Assembly (NCBI GenBank): GCA_949297805.1
Contig: CASFTG010000006.1
Location: 1,623 to 65,622 of the forward strand
Reading direction: 5' to 3'
Source of the DNA: an uncultured bacterium
Lineage (GTDB): Bacteria; Bacillota_I; Bacilli_A; RFN20; CAG-826
Length of the DNA stretch: 64,000 nucleotides
The position numbers and the translations under genes were made by a program. A model generated the notes under the pieces. That model saw only the letters and a program-made list of their open reading frames with translations. It had not been told where the DNA came from and searched no databases. This document shows, piece by piece, positions 9,304 through 18,989 of this stretch (position 1 is the stretch's first letter; each line of letters begins with the position of its first letter).

Positions 9304-9333
9304 ATTATAGCAATTTCAAAAGCCCGGCCGTAA
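9304..9333 (-). promoter_or_regulatory. Candidate sigma-70 promoter for the fucO-like gene
   Basis: On the minus strand: TTACGG-18 nt-TATAAT, about 25 nt upstream of the ATG, before an AGGAGG RBS. Confidence 0.4.
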
Positions 9334-9370
9334 GCGGTTTTTGTTCCGTTTTCTAGGATTTCGTTCCCTT

Positions 9371-9622
9371 TTAATAGTCGAGCAGTTCCGATAAGCGGAT
9401 GCCCAAGGCGGAAGATAGGCGCCGCAAAATGACGAAGCTTGGGTTCCGCCGTCCGTTTTCGAGGTCGCTGAGGTAATGAGGGCTGACTTGGGCGGAGAAG
9501 GACAGAGAGAGCTGGGTCAGACCCTTGGCCTCGCGGAGTTCCTTCAAATGGAGCCCGAAGCCGATTAAGGCCTCTTTGTCGGCCCGCTTAAGCGTCTTGG
9601 TCCGTTTCGGGGTCAATTCCAT
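9371..9622 (-). CDS. XRE-family helix-turn-helix transcriptional regulator
   Basis: 83 aa. LKELREAKGLTQLSLSFSAQVSPHYLSDLENGRRNPS is a classic Cro/C1 HTH. The 5' end overlaps the whiA 3' end by 35 nt. Confidence 0.75.
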   Translation of the reverse strand: MELTPKRTKTLKRADKEALIGFGLHLKELREAKGLTQLSLSFSAQVSPHYLSDLENGRRNPSFVILRRLSSALGIRLSELLDY

Positions 9623-10556
9623 GCTTTATCTGATACTCCTCGTGCAGTTTCCTGAATAGGTGGTTGATGTTGCTTTTGCTTATTTGGCAGGAGAGCTCCT
9701 CGCTAAGCAAAGCGGCGAGCTCGGAGAGCGAGGCATCGGGGTTATCCTCCCTTATCCGCATCAAGGCCTTCAGCTTCTCCGAATATATTTCCGGGAAAGC
9801 CTGCCCTTTCTTGAAGAAGGCGATTTCCTTCAATTGGCGGGAAGCGGCCGAGACCGTCTTCTCCATATTGGCGGCGTCGAGGTTATTGAACCGATTGCCG
9901 ACGTTGCTGAAATCCCGGTCGATCCGGATGTTCTCGAACTCCAAGCAGGAAGCGGTGGCCCCGATATAGGTGAGGAAGGCGCTGATCTGCTCGCTCCGCT
10001 TCAAATAGGCGATGAATTGGCTTCGCCGCCTGGCGACTTTGGCGTTGAAGGGGAAGGAACGGGACTTATTGATGAGCTTGGCGAGGGCTTTGGCGTAGCC
10101 TTCCTCCTCGCAGGCGATCTCAAGATGGTAATTGGAGGAATGGGGATCGTTGACCGAGCCTTTGGACAAAAACGCCCCCGCTAGATAGCTTTGCTCATCT
10201 TGCTCGTTCGCCAATAAGGATTTGGGCAAGGAGGGGGAAAGCAAATCCACCTCCAAATCGGAGAGGATGTAGTCGAGGTCGGAGCAAAGGACGTGATATT
10301 GGACGGCTTTCCGGAGCCGCATCTGCTTGGAATAGGCGAAACGGACCGGGACGCCGTAAATCGAAGACAGCCCGGAATAAAGGAGCTTGGCGATCTTCGA
10401 CGATTCGGTCGAAAGGTCGAGGACGCGCTCGGAAAGCCGAATCGAGCCGCTGCCTTTGGCGAAAGAGGAAAGCAGGGGCCGGAGGCTCGCGTCGTCAAAA
10501 GGCAACGACGCGATCTCTTCCTTGACCTTAAGCGCGAAGGAGAAATTAGGAGCCAA
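9588..10556 (-). CDS. whiA: DNA-binding protein WhiA
   Basis: 322 aa with a LAGLIDADG-like middle domain and a C-terminal HTH. It sits immediately downstream of rapZ, as in Bacillus (yvcL). Confidence 0.85.
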   Translation of the reverse strand: MAPNFSFALKVKEEIASLPFDDASLRPLLSSFAKGSGSIRLSERVLDLSTESSKIAKLLYSGLSSIYGVPVRFAYSKQMRLRKAVQYHVLCSDLDYILSDLEVDLLSPSLPKSLLANEQDEQSYLAGAFLSKGSVNDPHSSNYHLEIACEEEGYAKALAKLINKSRSFPFNAKVARRRSQFIAYLKRSEQISAFLTYIGATASCLEFENIRIDRDFSNVGNRFNNLDAANMEKTVSAASRQLKEIAFFKKGQAFPEIYSEKLKALMRIREDNPDASLSELAALLSEELSCQISKSNINHLFRKLHEEYQIKHGIDPETDQDA

Positions 10557-10562
10557 TTTTAA

Positions 10563-11414
10563 TTACCCCCCCCGATAACGCCGCATTTCCCGATGGGAGA
10601 CGAAGCAGATGTATTGGCTTTTGTAATGCTCATAAAGCCGCTGGGCGAAATAGACCGATCGATGCTGCCCTCCCGAACACCCCAGATCGATGTTGATGTA
10701 ATTCCGCCCGTCTTGCTTGGCGTGGGAGAGGAAATAATCCAAGTAGGCGACCATATGGGAGAAAAGCTCGTCGCATTCTTTTTTGCTGGAAAGGAAGTCG
10801 ATGACCCCTTGGTCTAAGCCGGTTTGGTTTCTTAGCTCCGGATCCCAAAAGGGATTCGGGACGTTCCGGCAATCGAAAATCACCTCGGCGTCTTGGGGGA
10901 TGCCGTATTTATAGCCGAAAGAGGAGAAGGTGATGACCATCGTCGACTCATTCCCCTTGAAATGGGCGAAGGCCATCTTCCGGAGCTCTTGGGCCGAAAG
11001 CCCGGTGGTATCGACGTAAAGATCGGCGAAGGGCCGGACCTCCTTCATCGTCTGCTCGTCGAGCCGGATGCATTCCTCCAGCGGGTACCCTTTTGCTTGC
11101 AATGGGTGGACGTGCCGGGTCAAGCGATAACGGGTCAATAGCTCAGTCGCGGCGCAGTCGAGAAGAAGGAAAACCGAATGGAGCCCTTCCGCCTGCTTCA
11201 AGATCTCATTGGCCCGCTTGGCATGGCGGAGCTCAACGATCAAAACCGTGTCGTTATAGGCGTCGTTAGAGCCGATTTCCTCGCAAAGGGCCGGCAAAAC
11301 CACATTCGGCACGTTCTCGATCAGCCGATAACCCATCTCCTCAAAGGCATGGGAGATGGTTGATTTGCCGGCGCCCGAGACGCCGGAGAGCAAGACGACG
11401 TTGTTCATATCCAA
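10563..11414 (-). CDS. rapZ: RNase adapter protein RapZ (YvcJ)
   Basis: 283 aa with the P-loop GVSGAGKST and C-terminal GCSGGQHRSV motif. Confidence 0.9.
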   Translation of the reverse strand: MDMNNVVLLSGVSGAGKSTISHAFEEMGYRLIENVPNVVLPALCEEIGSNDAYNDTVLIVELRHAKRANEILKQAEGLHSVFLLLDCAATELLTRYRLTRHVHPLQAKGYPLEECIRLDEQTMKEVRPFADLYVDTTGLSAQELRKMAFAHFKGNESTMVITFSSFGYKYGIPQDAEVIFDCRNVPNPFWDPELRNQTGLDQGVIDFLSSKKECDELFSHMVAYLDYFLSHAKQDGRNYINIDLGCSGGQHRSVYFAQRLYEHYKSQYICFVSHREMRRYRGG

Positions 11415-11419
11415 GCCTA

Positions 11420-12325
11420 TTATACTTTCTTTTTTCGGATATTCGCGATTGCCGCCACCGCGGCCATCGCCCCTTCGCTGGCGGCGTTGACCAATTGACG
11501 GAGCCTCTTGTCGACGATATCGCCGGCCGCATAGACATTAGGGACGTTGGTTTGCATATCGGCATCCGTCTTCAGGAAGCCATTGTTGGCCTCAACCCCC
11601 AAAGGGGCGAGGAAAGCGGATCCCGATTGCTGCTCGAACAAAGGAAAAGCCCCGTCGACTCCGATATCTCGGCCATCGCTTAGGACGACCCGTTCGAGGT
11701 GGCCCTCCCCTTCGAAACGGTCGATCCGCCCCTCAAGCATTTCGACGTTGGATAGGGATCGCAGCTGGTTGAGATGGGCCTCGGTCGCCTCGATTTCCTG
11801 CGGATAGAGGAAATACACCTTCGAGCAGAGGGAGGCGAGGTAGAGCGCGTCCTCGGCGGCGAAGTCCTTATAACCGTAGACGAGGACCGGCTTATTCCGG
11901 AAAAAAGCCCCGTCGCAGGTGGCGCAGTAGCTGATCCCCCGGCCGAAAAGCTCCTTTTCCCCGGGGACCCCGAGTTTCTTCTCGCTGGAGCCGGAGGCGG
12001 CGATGATGGCTCGGCAGCCGACCTCCTTGCCGGAATCGAAGCGGAGGACGAACCCCTCGCCGTCTTTCTTCGCCTCGACCACGTTGCCATAGCTTATCGA
12101 CCCACCGAGCTCTTGCAATTGCTTTTGCAAAGAAAGCGATAACTCGATCCCGGAGACCAAAGGAGCGCCGGGATAATTGTCGATCCGGTGAATGACGTTC
12201 AACTTGCCTCCCGGGGCGTTGCGCTCAATTAGCAAAAAGGAAAGCGAGGAGCGCTTAAGGTAAATGCCGGCCGAGATCCCGGCGATGCCGGCCCCGACGA
12301 TGACGACGTCGTAACGCTCCATCAC
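11420..12325 (-). CDS. trxB: Thioredoxin-disulfide reductase
   Basis: 301 aa with the FAD motif VVIVGAGIAG and the redox-active CATCDG motif. Confidence 0.9.
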   Translation of the reverse strand: MMERYDVVIVGAGIAGISAGIYLKRSSLSFLLIERNAPGGKLNVIHRIDNYPGAPLVSGIELSLSLQKQLQELGGSISYGNVVEAKKDGEGFVLRFDSGKEVGCRAIIAASGSSEKKLGVPGEKELFGRGISYCATCDGAFFRNKPVLVYGYKDFAAEDALYLASLCSKVYFLYPQEIEATEAHLNQLRSLSNVEMLEGRIDRFEGEGHLERVVLSDGRDIGVDGAFPLFEQQSGSAFLAPLGVEANNGFLKTDADMQTNVPNVYAAGDIVDKRLRQLVNAASEGAMAAVAAIANIRKKKV

Positions 12326-13662
12326 TTCGCTTCCTTCCCCGTTTGCTTGGACTTGATGAAATCATACAGGGCGAAGGCGCCGATTACCCCTAAGCCAATG
12401 ACGATATAGCCCAAGGAATTCCAGAACGACCACTGGCCATCGGCCCCCATGTTGAAGCTCGGGTCGCGAAGGGGCTCCATGATCATCCTGACGATCCCGT
12501 ACCAAATCATATAGCAGCCGCATAAGCTCCCGGATGGGCGATGCTTCCGCCACACCGCCGGCACCGCGTAGGCGATGATGAAATACCCGGCGATATTGAT
12601 AAGCGATTCGATCAGGAACAAAGGGACGTGCATCATTCCCTCGCTCATCGGATATCCCGAATTCCCGATATGCATTTGGTTCAGGATGATCGAGGGGAGG
12701 AAAGACCAAGCGTCCATGCTGGTCGAGGCCCCATAGACCTCGCAGTTGAAGAAGTTGCCCCACCGCCCTAAGGCCTGAGCCAAAAGGATGGTCGGGACGA
12801 CGGTATCGACGGCCCAGCGGATATCGACTTCCTTCTTGGTGAAGTAAAGGAAGAGGGCGCCGGCGATGATGCCGGCCACCGCCCCGCCGATGATGGTGAG
12901 GCCGCCTCCCCAGATGGCGAACATCTCATACCATCTGCCATTCGCGCAAAGCTCGGAGAAATTCGGCCCGCCGGCCCCATCGCCATGCCAATTGCCGACC
13001 ACATACCAGATCCGAGCCCCGATGACCCCGGAGAGGAAGCCGACGATCAAAGTCCCGTCGAGCAAACCATGCTTATGGTATTTCTTGTAGAACTGATGGT
13101 CGGAGACGAAATAGGAGATGAGGGCCCCGCAGATCATGATGACCCCATACCAAGCGACGTGGAGGCCATCGGTGTAGCTATCGCCGACCCGGACGAAGCG
13201 GAAACCGTCCCCGTCGATCACGAACCCCGAGACAAGGGGATAGGTCAAATACGGCGCAATACCCTCACTAAATAGCAAAAACACGCAGATCGACAAGGGG
13301 ATGGTGACGTAAATGGTGAGCTTAACCCATTTCATTAATCCCGAATTCATATCGGTTTTCCAATAACGGAGATAGAAAGCGCACCAAAGGAGGGGGAAGG
13401 AGAAAAAGAAGAGGGCTAAGCCGATGATGGCCATCGCCGCATCCCCGCCTTTGATGGCCCAATCGCCGAGGCTCATCATCGCCCCGGCGAGCAAGCCGCC
13501 GGAAAGAAGCAGGCTCAAAAACCCGAGCCCGATGAAAAGCCAATCCTTTTTGTCGAAAAGGTTTTTGGCGAGGCTTTTGACAAAGCCATGCAAGGGGATG
13601 ACCAGGAGGGTGATCCCTCCGGCTAAGGCCAATAGGCCGATGACCAATAACGCGATGCCCAT
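12322..13662 (-). CDS. lgt: Prolipoprotein diacylglyceryl transferase with long N-terminal membrane extension
   Basis: 446 aa. The C-terminal two thirds carry the Lgt signature (GRWGNFFNCEVYG). The first ~170 aa are additional hydrophobic segments. Confidence 0.85.
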   Translation of the reverse strand: MGIALLVIGLLALAGGITLLVIPLHGFVKSLAKNLFDKKDWLFIGLGFLSLLLSGGLLAGAMMSLGDWAIKGGDAAMAIIGLALFFFSFPLLWCAFYLRYWKTDMNSGLMKWVKLTIYVTIPLSICVFLLFSEGIAPYLTYPLVSGFVIDGDGFRFVRVGDSYTDGLHVAWYGVIMICGALISYFVSDHQFYKKYHKHGLLDGTLIVGFLSGVIGARIWYVVGNWHGDGAGGPNFSELCANGRWYEMFAIWGGGLTIIGGAVAGIIAGALFLYFTKKEVDIRWAVDTVVPTILLAQALGRWGNFFNCEVYGASTSMDAWSFLPSIILNQMHIGNSGYPMSEGMMHVPLFLIESLINIAGYFIIAYAVPAVWRKHRPSGSLCGCYMIWYGIVRMIMEPLRDPSFNMGADGQWSFWNSLGYIVIGLGVIGAFALYDFIKSKQTGKEAK

Positions 13663-13682
13663 GATTCGATAGTCTCCTCTTT

Positions 13683-16538
13683 TTACTTATCCTTAGCCAA
13701 CATCTTCGAAAGATATTGCCCGGTATAGCTATGCGGGTTGGCCGCTACTTCCTCGGGAGTCCCGGTCGCCACCACCTCCCCGCCTTTATCCCCGCCTAAG
13801 GGGCCTAAGTCGATGATGTAGTCGGCCACTTTGACCAAATCGAGGTTATGCTCGATGACGATGACGGTGTCGCCGTGATCGACGATCCGCTGCAACACCT
13901 CGATCAATTTGGCGACGTCGTCGCTATGGAGCCCGGTCGTCGGCTCATCGAGGACATAGACGGTCTTCCCGGTCATCTTCCGCTGCAGCTCGGTCGCCAG
14001 CTTGACCCGCTGCGCCTCGCCTCCGGAAAGCTCGGTCGCCGGTTGCCCGAGCTTGACATAGCCAAGCCCGACATCGGCGAGGGTTTTGATCTTGTTCAGG
14101 ATCTTGGGCCGGTTCTCGAAGAAGGGGATGGCCTCCTCGATCCGCATCTCCAGCACATCGTGGATGTTCTTGCCTTTGTAATAGCAGCGGAGAGTGTCCT
14201 CATTATAACGCTTCCCCTCACATTCATCGCATTTGACGTAGACGTCGGGTAGGAAGGACATCGGGATTCTGGTGACCCCCGCCCCTTGGCACTTCTCGCA
14301 CCGCCCGCCGGGGACGTTGAAGGAGAAACGGCCCTTGTCGAACCCCCTGGCCCGCGCTTCGCTGGTCTCGGCGAATAAGGCCCGGATATCGTCGAACACC
14401 CCGGTATAGGTGGCGGGGTTCGAACGCGGGGTCCTTCCGATCGGCTCCTGGGTGATGGAAACCAGCTTATCGACGTTCTCGATCCCGGTGATCTTCTTAA
14501 GCATTATCGGCTCGGGGTCTTTCTTCCCGTTGATGGCTTTATCCAAGCTGCGGACGAGCGTCTCGTTGACCAGCGATGATTTCCCGGACCCGGAAACCCC
14601 GGTGACCAAAACCAAGCAACCGAGGGGGAAATCGACGTCGATACCCTTCAGGTTATGACAGCTCGCCCCTTTTAAACGCAGCCATTTCCCGTTGCCTTTC
14701 CGCCTTTTCGCGGGGATTTCGATCTTCTTTCTTCCCGATAGATAAGCGCCGGTGATGGATTGCTGGCACCCCAACAGCCCTGAGACGTCGCCTTCATAGA
14801 CGATGTTGCCCCCATGGATCCCCGCCCCGGGGCCGACGTCGACGATATAGTCGGCCGAGCGCATCGTGTCCTCGTCGTGTTCGACGACGATCAATGTATT
14901 GCCAAGGTCGCGCATCTCCTTCAAGGTGGCGATCAGCTTGTCGTTGTCCCGTTGGTGCAAGCCGATCGATGGCTCGTCGAGGACGTATAAAACGCCCGAG
15001 AGCCGGCTGCCGATCTGGGTCGCCAGCCTTATCCGCTGGCTTTCGCCGCCCGATAAGGTCATGGCATAACGCGACAAAGTCAAATACTCAAGCCCGACGT
15101 CGACCAAGAACTGGGCCCGGTTCCTTAGTTCCTTGACGATAAGCGAGGCCACTTGCTTCTGCCCTTCCTCCAAATCGGAGGAGACATCGTCGATCCAAGA
15201 GAGGAAGCGGTCGAGCGGCAAACAGGTCGCCTCGTAGATATTGAGCCCATTGACCTTGACTGAAAGAGCGGCCTCGTTAAGCCTCGCCCCAGAGCAGGCG
15301 GTGCAGATCGAATCGCGCATGAACGATTCGTAATATTGCCTCATCCAGTCGGAGCTGGTCTCGCGGTATAGCCGTTCGATCCTCGTCTTGATCCCCTCGA
15401 TCCGGCCATGTCGGTTCATCTTGTTGCCGCTAGAGCTCGTAAGCACGTAATCGAGGCGGTCAGGCGATCCATAGAGGATGATGTCTTTATGCTTTTTGCT
15501 TAGTTTTTCGAAAGGGGCATCGAGCGGAATCCCGTAAATCTCGCATAAGTATTCGAATTCCTTCCATTCGATGTTGGTGGTCCCGACGATGTTGGCGAGG
15601 TATCTAATCGCCCCTTGCTTGATCGACTTGGAAGGGTCGGGGATCAGCAAATCCAAGGAAACCTCCCGCTTGATGCCAAGCCCTTTGCATTCCGGACAAT
15701 AGCCTAAAGGAGCATTGAAGGAGAATAGACGGGGTTCCAAGGAGGGGATGGAGAACCCGCATTCGGGGCAGCAATGTTTGCTTGAAAGCAATTTCTCCCC
15801 GTCGGGAGTCAAGATGACCAAATAGCCCTTGGCCCAATCAAGCGCCAGCTCAACGTCCTCGATGACCCGTTCGCGGATCCCTTCCTTGATGATGAGCCGA
15901 TCGATGACGATGTCGATATCGTGCCGTTTGTTCTTATCTAAAGGGGGCACCTCTTCCAATAAGCCGGTGTTCCCGTCGACCCGGACCCGGGAGAACCCTT
16001 GCTTCTTCAGCTTATCGAGCGTCTCGGCGTGGGCCCCCTTCTCGTGGCGGATCACCGGGGAAAGGATCTGCAATCTGGTTCCTTCCGGATATTCCATGAC
16101 GATGTTGGCCATGGCGATAGGCGAGAAAGAGTGGATGGGGGTATGGTGGGTTGGGCAATAAGGGGTCCCGACCCGAGCGTAGAGAAGGCGGAGGTAATCG
16201 TAGATCTCGGTCACCGTCCCCACGGTCGAACGGGGGTTGTGGGAGGTGGATTTCTGATCGATGGAGATGGCTGGGGAAAGCCCTTCGATCGAGTCGACGT
16301 CGGGTTTCTCGAAGCCGCCTAGGAATTGCCGGGCGTAAGAGGAAAGCGATTCGACGTAACGCCGCTGGCCCTCGGAGAAGATGGTATCGAAGGCGAGGGT
16401 CGATTTGCCCGATCCGGACACCCCGGTGAAAACGGTCAAAGAACCCTTCGGGATCTCGACGTTGACATCCTGCAGGTTGTTCTCTCTCGCCCCTTTGACG
16501 ATGATCCAATCCTTTGAGCTCCGAGCTGTCTTTTCCAT
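13683..16538 (-). CDS. uvrA: Excinuclease ABC subunit A
   Basis: 951 aa with two ABC modules (GVSGSGKST twice), zinc-finger Cys clusters and LSGGEAQRVKLA. Confidence 0.97.
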   Translation of the reverse strand: MEKTARSSKDWIIVKGARENNLQDVNVEIPKGSLTVFTGVSGSGKSTLAFDTIFSEGQRRYVESLSSYARQFLGGFEKPDVDSIEGLSPAISIDQKSTSHNPRSTVGTVTEIYDYLRLLYARVGTPYCPTHHTPIHSFSPIAMANIVMEYPEGTRLQILSPVIRHEKGAHAETLDKLKKQGFSRVRVDGNTGLLEEVPPLDKNKRHDIDIVIDRLIIKEGIRERVIEDVELALDWAKGYLVILTPDGEKLLSSKHCCPECGFSIPSLEPRLFSFNAPLGYCPECKGLGIKREVSLDLLIPDPSKSIKQGAIRYLANIVGTTNIEWKEFEYLCEIYGIPLDAPFEKLSKKHKDIILYGSPDRLDYVLTSSSGNKMNRHGRIEGIKTRIERLYRETSSDWMRQYYESFMRDSICTACSGARLNEAALSVKVNGLNIYEATCLPLDRFLSWIDDVSSDLEEGQKQVASLIVKELRNRAQFLVDVGLEYLTLSRYAMTLSGGESQRIRLATQIGSRLSGVLYVLDEPSIGLHQRDNDKLIATLKEMRDLGNTLIVVEHDEDTMRSADYIVDVGPGAGIHGGNIVYEGDVSGLLGCQQSITGAYLSGRKKIEIPAKRRKGNGKWLRLKGASCHNLKGIDVDFPLGCLVLVTGVSGSGKSSLVNETLVRSLDKAINGKKDPEPIMLKKITGIENVDKLVSITQEPIGRTPRSNPATYTGVFDDIRALFAETSEARARGFDKGRFSFNVPGGRCEKCQGAGVTRIPMSFLPDVYVKCDECEGKRYNEDTLRCYYKGKNIHDVLEMRIEEAIPFFENRPKILNKIKTLADVGLGYVKLGQPATELSGGEAQRVKLATELQRKMTGKTVYVLDEPTTGLHSDDVAKLIEVLQRIVDHGDTVIVIEHNLDLVKVADYIIDLGPLGGDKGGEVVATGTPEEVAANPHSYTGQYLSKMLAKDK

Positions 16539-16596
16539 AGCGGGCTTGATTATACACTAGGGAGGCAAAAAGCTATGCCTCTTTGCTTTGCAAAGG

Positions 16597-16621
16597 AAAA
16601 AGAGGCGAGAAGTTCGCCTCT
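16597..16621 (-). terminator. Rho-independent terminator after the DUF362 gene
   Basis: On the minus strand: AGAGGCGA-ACTTC-TCGCCTCT followed by TTTTT. It overlaps the stop codon. Confidence 0.8.
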
Positions 16622-17735
16622 ATTTCATGATGATCAATTCGTAATCCCTTGAGCCTAAGCCGATCTTCTCCCCGTGGGCGAGCGCGGATTCGCTGTCGGT
16701 CCGGGGGTTGGAGTCGTGGAAGTGGTTGCCGGTTTCCCCGTTTTCCTTAATCGCCTCGCCTAATTGGCTGTCCTCGAAGGGTTTGGCTTTATTGCAGAGA
16801 TCGACGGCTGCTTGGTCAAGGGCGACTGGGTCGAAGGAGCAAAGCATGCCGATGTCGGGAAGGATCGGGGCGTCGTTTTCCCCGTGGCAATCGCAATTGG
16901 GGGAAACATCCTGGATGAGGGCGATATGGAAGCAGGGCCGCCCATCGACGACCGCTTTGGCGTATTCGGCGATCTTCATGCCCAATTTGGTGTTGCTCGA
17001 CCCGTCTTGGGGGGAGATGGCGTCGAAGGGACAGGCACCGATGCAGCGGCCGCAGCCTTTGCAAAGCTCTTGATCGATATGGGCTTTGCCGGAAGCATAT
17101 GAGATGGCATCGGACCCGCATTCTCTAGCGCAGGCGTGGCAAGTTCGGCATTTGGCTTCGTCGACGATGGGTTTGCCGTCATTATGCTGAGCCATTTTCC
17201 CAGCCCGGGAGCCACAGCCCATCCCGATGTTTTTGATTGCCCCGCCGAAACCGGTCTCCTCATGACCTTTGAAATGGGTTAAGGAGATGAAGGCGTCGGC
17301 ATCCATGATGGCCCGCCCGATATGGGCTTCGGTCAATAGCTCGCCCCCTTGGATTGGGACATCCACCTCATCGGTCCCTTTCAGTCCATCCCCGATGATG
17401 ATGTGGCAGCCGGTCGAGGCGGTCGAGAAGCCATTCATCTCGGCGCAGGTCAAATGGTCGAGGGCGTTTTTCCGATACCCTGGATATAAGGTGTTGCAAT
17501 CAGTCAAGAAGGGGCGTCCGCCCTGCTCTTTGACTTTATCGGCGACGGCCCTCGCCCAGTTCGGGCGTAAGAAGGTCAAATTGCCCCATTCGCCAAAATG
17601 CATCTTAATGGCAACGAACTTCCCTTCGAGATTCATCTCCTTGAAGCCGGCTTTGTCCATCAGCCGTTGGAGTTTATGGGTCTGGGATTCGCCCACATGA
17701 ACGCGGAAGGAAGTGAAATAGACTTTGCTTTTCAT
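16620..17735 (-). CDS. DUF362 domain protein with 2x[4Fe-4S] ferredoxin domain
   Basis: Shows the DUF362 pattern (KMHFGE..., SLTHFKGH) plus CRTCHACAREC and CKGCGRCIGACP clusters. The start is set at MKSKVYF (GAGGT RBS 8 nt upstream). The track ORF extends to 17783. Confidence 0.75.
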   Translation of the reverse strand: MKSKVYFTSFRVHVGESQTHKLQRLMDKAGFKEMNLEGKFVAIKMHFGEWGNLTFLRPNWARAVADKVKEQGGRPFLTDCNTLYPGYRKNALDHLTCAEMNGFSTASTGCHIIIGDGLKGTDEVDVPIQGGELLTEAHIGRAIMDADAFISLTHFKGHEETGFGGAIKNIGMGCGSRAGKMAQHNDGKPIVDEAKCRTCHACARECGSDAISYASGKAHIDQELCKGCGRCIGACPFDAISPQDGSSNTKLGMKIAEYAKAVVDGRPCFHIALIQDVSPNCDCHGENDAPILPDIGMLCSFDPVALDQAAVDLCNKAKPFEDSQLGEAIKENGETGNHFHDSNPRTDSESALAHGEKIGLGSRDYELIIMK

Positions 17736-17796
17736 ATCAGTTACCTCGAGGGTAAATCTAAACGCCCATTTACCGATTGACAAGGGGCAAACGGGG

Positions 17797-18333
17797 TCAA
17801 TGGACTAATATAATGAATTTTTCGCTCGCGACCTGCTCGGCCGACTTAAGGGCTAAAGCGACCCGGTACACCGCTTGGTCAAGGCTAAGGCCGTTCTTTT
17901 CCCCAAGGGCTTTGTAAGTCAAACCGAGGCCGTATTTATCGTATAGTATCGAATACTCGTCCGAGCCCAGTCGCGCTTTAAGGGCATCCAAATATATTTT
18001 AATCGACGCCCTCTGCGCGAGCGGCTCATCGCGGAGGCCGAAGCCTCAAAGAATTCCGAATCGCAATCTTCGTAGGATAGTTCCTGAAAACGATCGATGG
18101 CCTTATGCTTTATCACCCCGATAATGAACTGAGTCAGTTGGCCACGTTCCCGTCTTTCTTTCCAAAAAAGCCAAAACACCATCCATCATGGCATCTTACG
18201 CTTCCTCGAAACCCAAGCCTGAGTCCAACCCGATCTTGATGAATAGATGCTCGTGTTTTTGAAAATAGACTTTCCAACGAAGGTCATATAGGCAGCGGTC
18301 CAAGAAGACTTTGGCCTTTCGTTCGTCTTCCAT
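17797..18333 (-). pseudogene. Disrupted sigma-70-family factor (paralog of 20721-21257)
   Basis: Three reading-frame pieces align in order with the intact paralog: MEDERKAKVFLDRCLYDLRWKVYFQKHEHLFIKIGLDSGLGFEEA then TAA at 18196-98; QLTQFIIGVIKHKAIDRFQELSYEDCDSEF; GSDEYSILYDKYGLGLTYKALGEKNGLSLDQAVYRV. There is at least one in-frame stop and two frameshifts. Confidence 0.8.
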
Positions 18334-18430
18334 GCGATTACTTTATACATGAAACGAGGGAGTCAAGAAAACGAGCGGGGTCTGAGCCAATAGGCGCATC
18401 AGCAATCATTAGCAAGACCCATGCTGCTAT

Positions 18431-18979
18431 TTATCGACCATCGATTCGACGACTGGAACACGGATATCCCACGCAGCCTCGAAAAGGGACATTGAATTTA
18501 TCAAGGAAATTTTCAGCAAAATACTTTGTTAAAATCGCGTTGTTGGGCAAAACAACATAATTGCACCAGCTTTGTCCGATATAAATGAAGGACTGCGTAA
18601 CAAACACTCTCCGAATTAACACCGAGCGAGTAACCGAATCCGTTTTAAGCGTAAGGATCGGCTCCTTCTTTGCCTTATCGACAAACACTGAATATTCCGT
18701 TCCTTTTGGACAAGCCAAATAGCGTCGATGATAAAAAAGAATAACGTGTATAAAAATCAGCTCGGCCCCCCATTCCACGCCAGTAACCGCCCAAAAAATA
18801 GGGTTTAAATACCATTCGTTAATCGCCATCAATCCTGAACTGACGAAAACGGTTAGAATAAAGAATACCAATGGGATCCAAGCCCGAGCAAAAATATGCT
18901 CATAAAAGAAGGCGTTAATGGCCGCTCGATGGTTATCATCCTTCCATGTTCCAGAGAAAATGGCCTCAGTATTTTCCAT
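18431..18979 (-). CDS. Small membrane protein (two TM segments plus soluble C-terminal domain)
   Basis: 182 aa with two adjacent hydrophobic helices (WIPLVFFILTVFVSSGLMAI; WAVTGVEWGAELIFIHVILF). It lies 10 nt downstream of the PPC-domain gene. No family is recognised with confidence. Confidence 0.5.
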   Translation of the reverse strand: MENTEAIFSGTWKDDNHRAAINAFFYEHIFARAWIPLVFFILTVFVSSGLMAINEWYLNPIFWAVTGVEWGAELIFIHVILFYHRRYLACPKGTEYSVFVDKAKKEPILTLKTDSVTRSVLIRRVFVTQSFIYIGQSWCNYVVLPNNAILTKYFAENFLDKFNVPFRGCVGYPCSSRRIDGR

Positions 18980-18989
18980 ATTCGACTCC

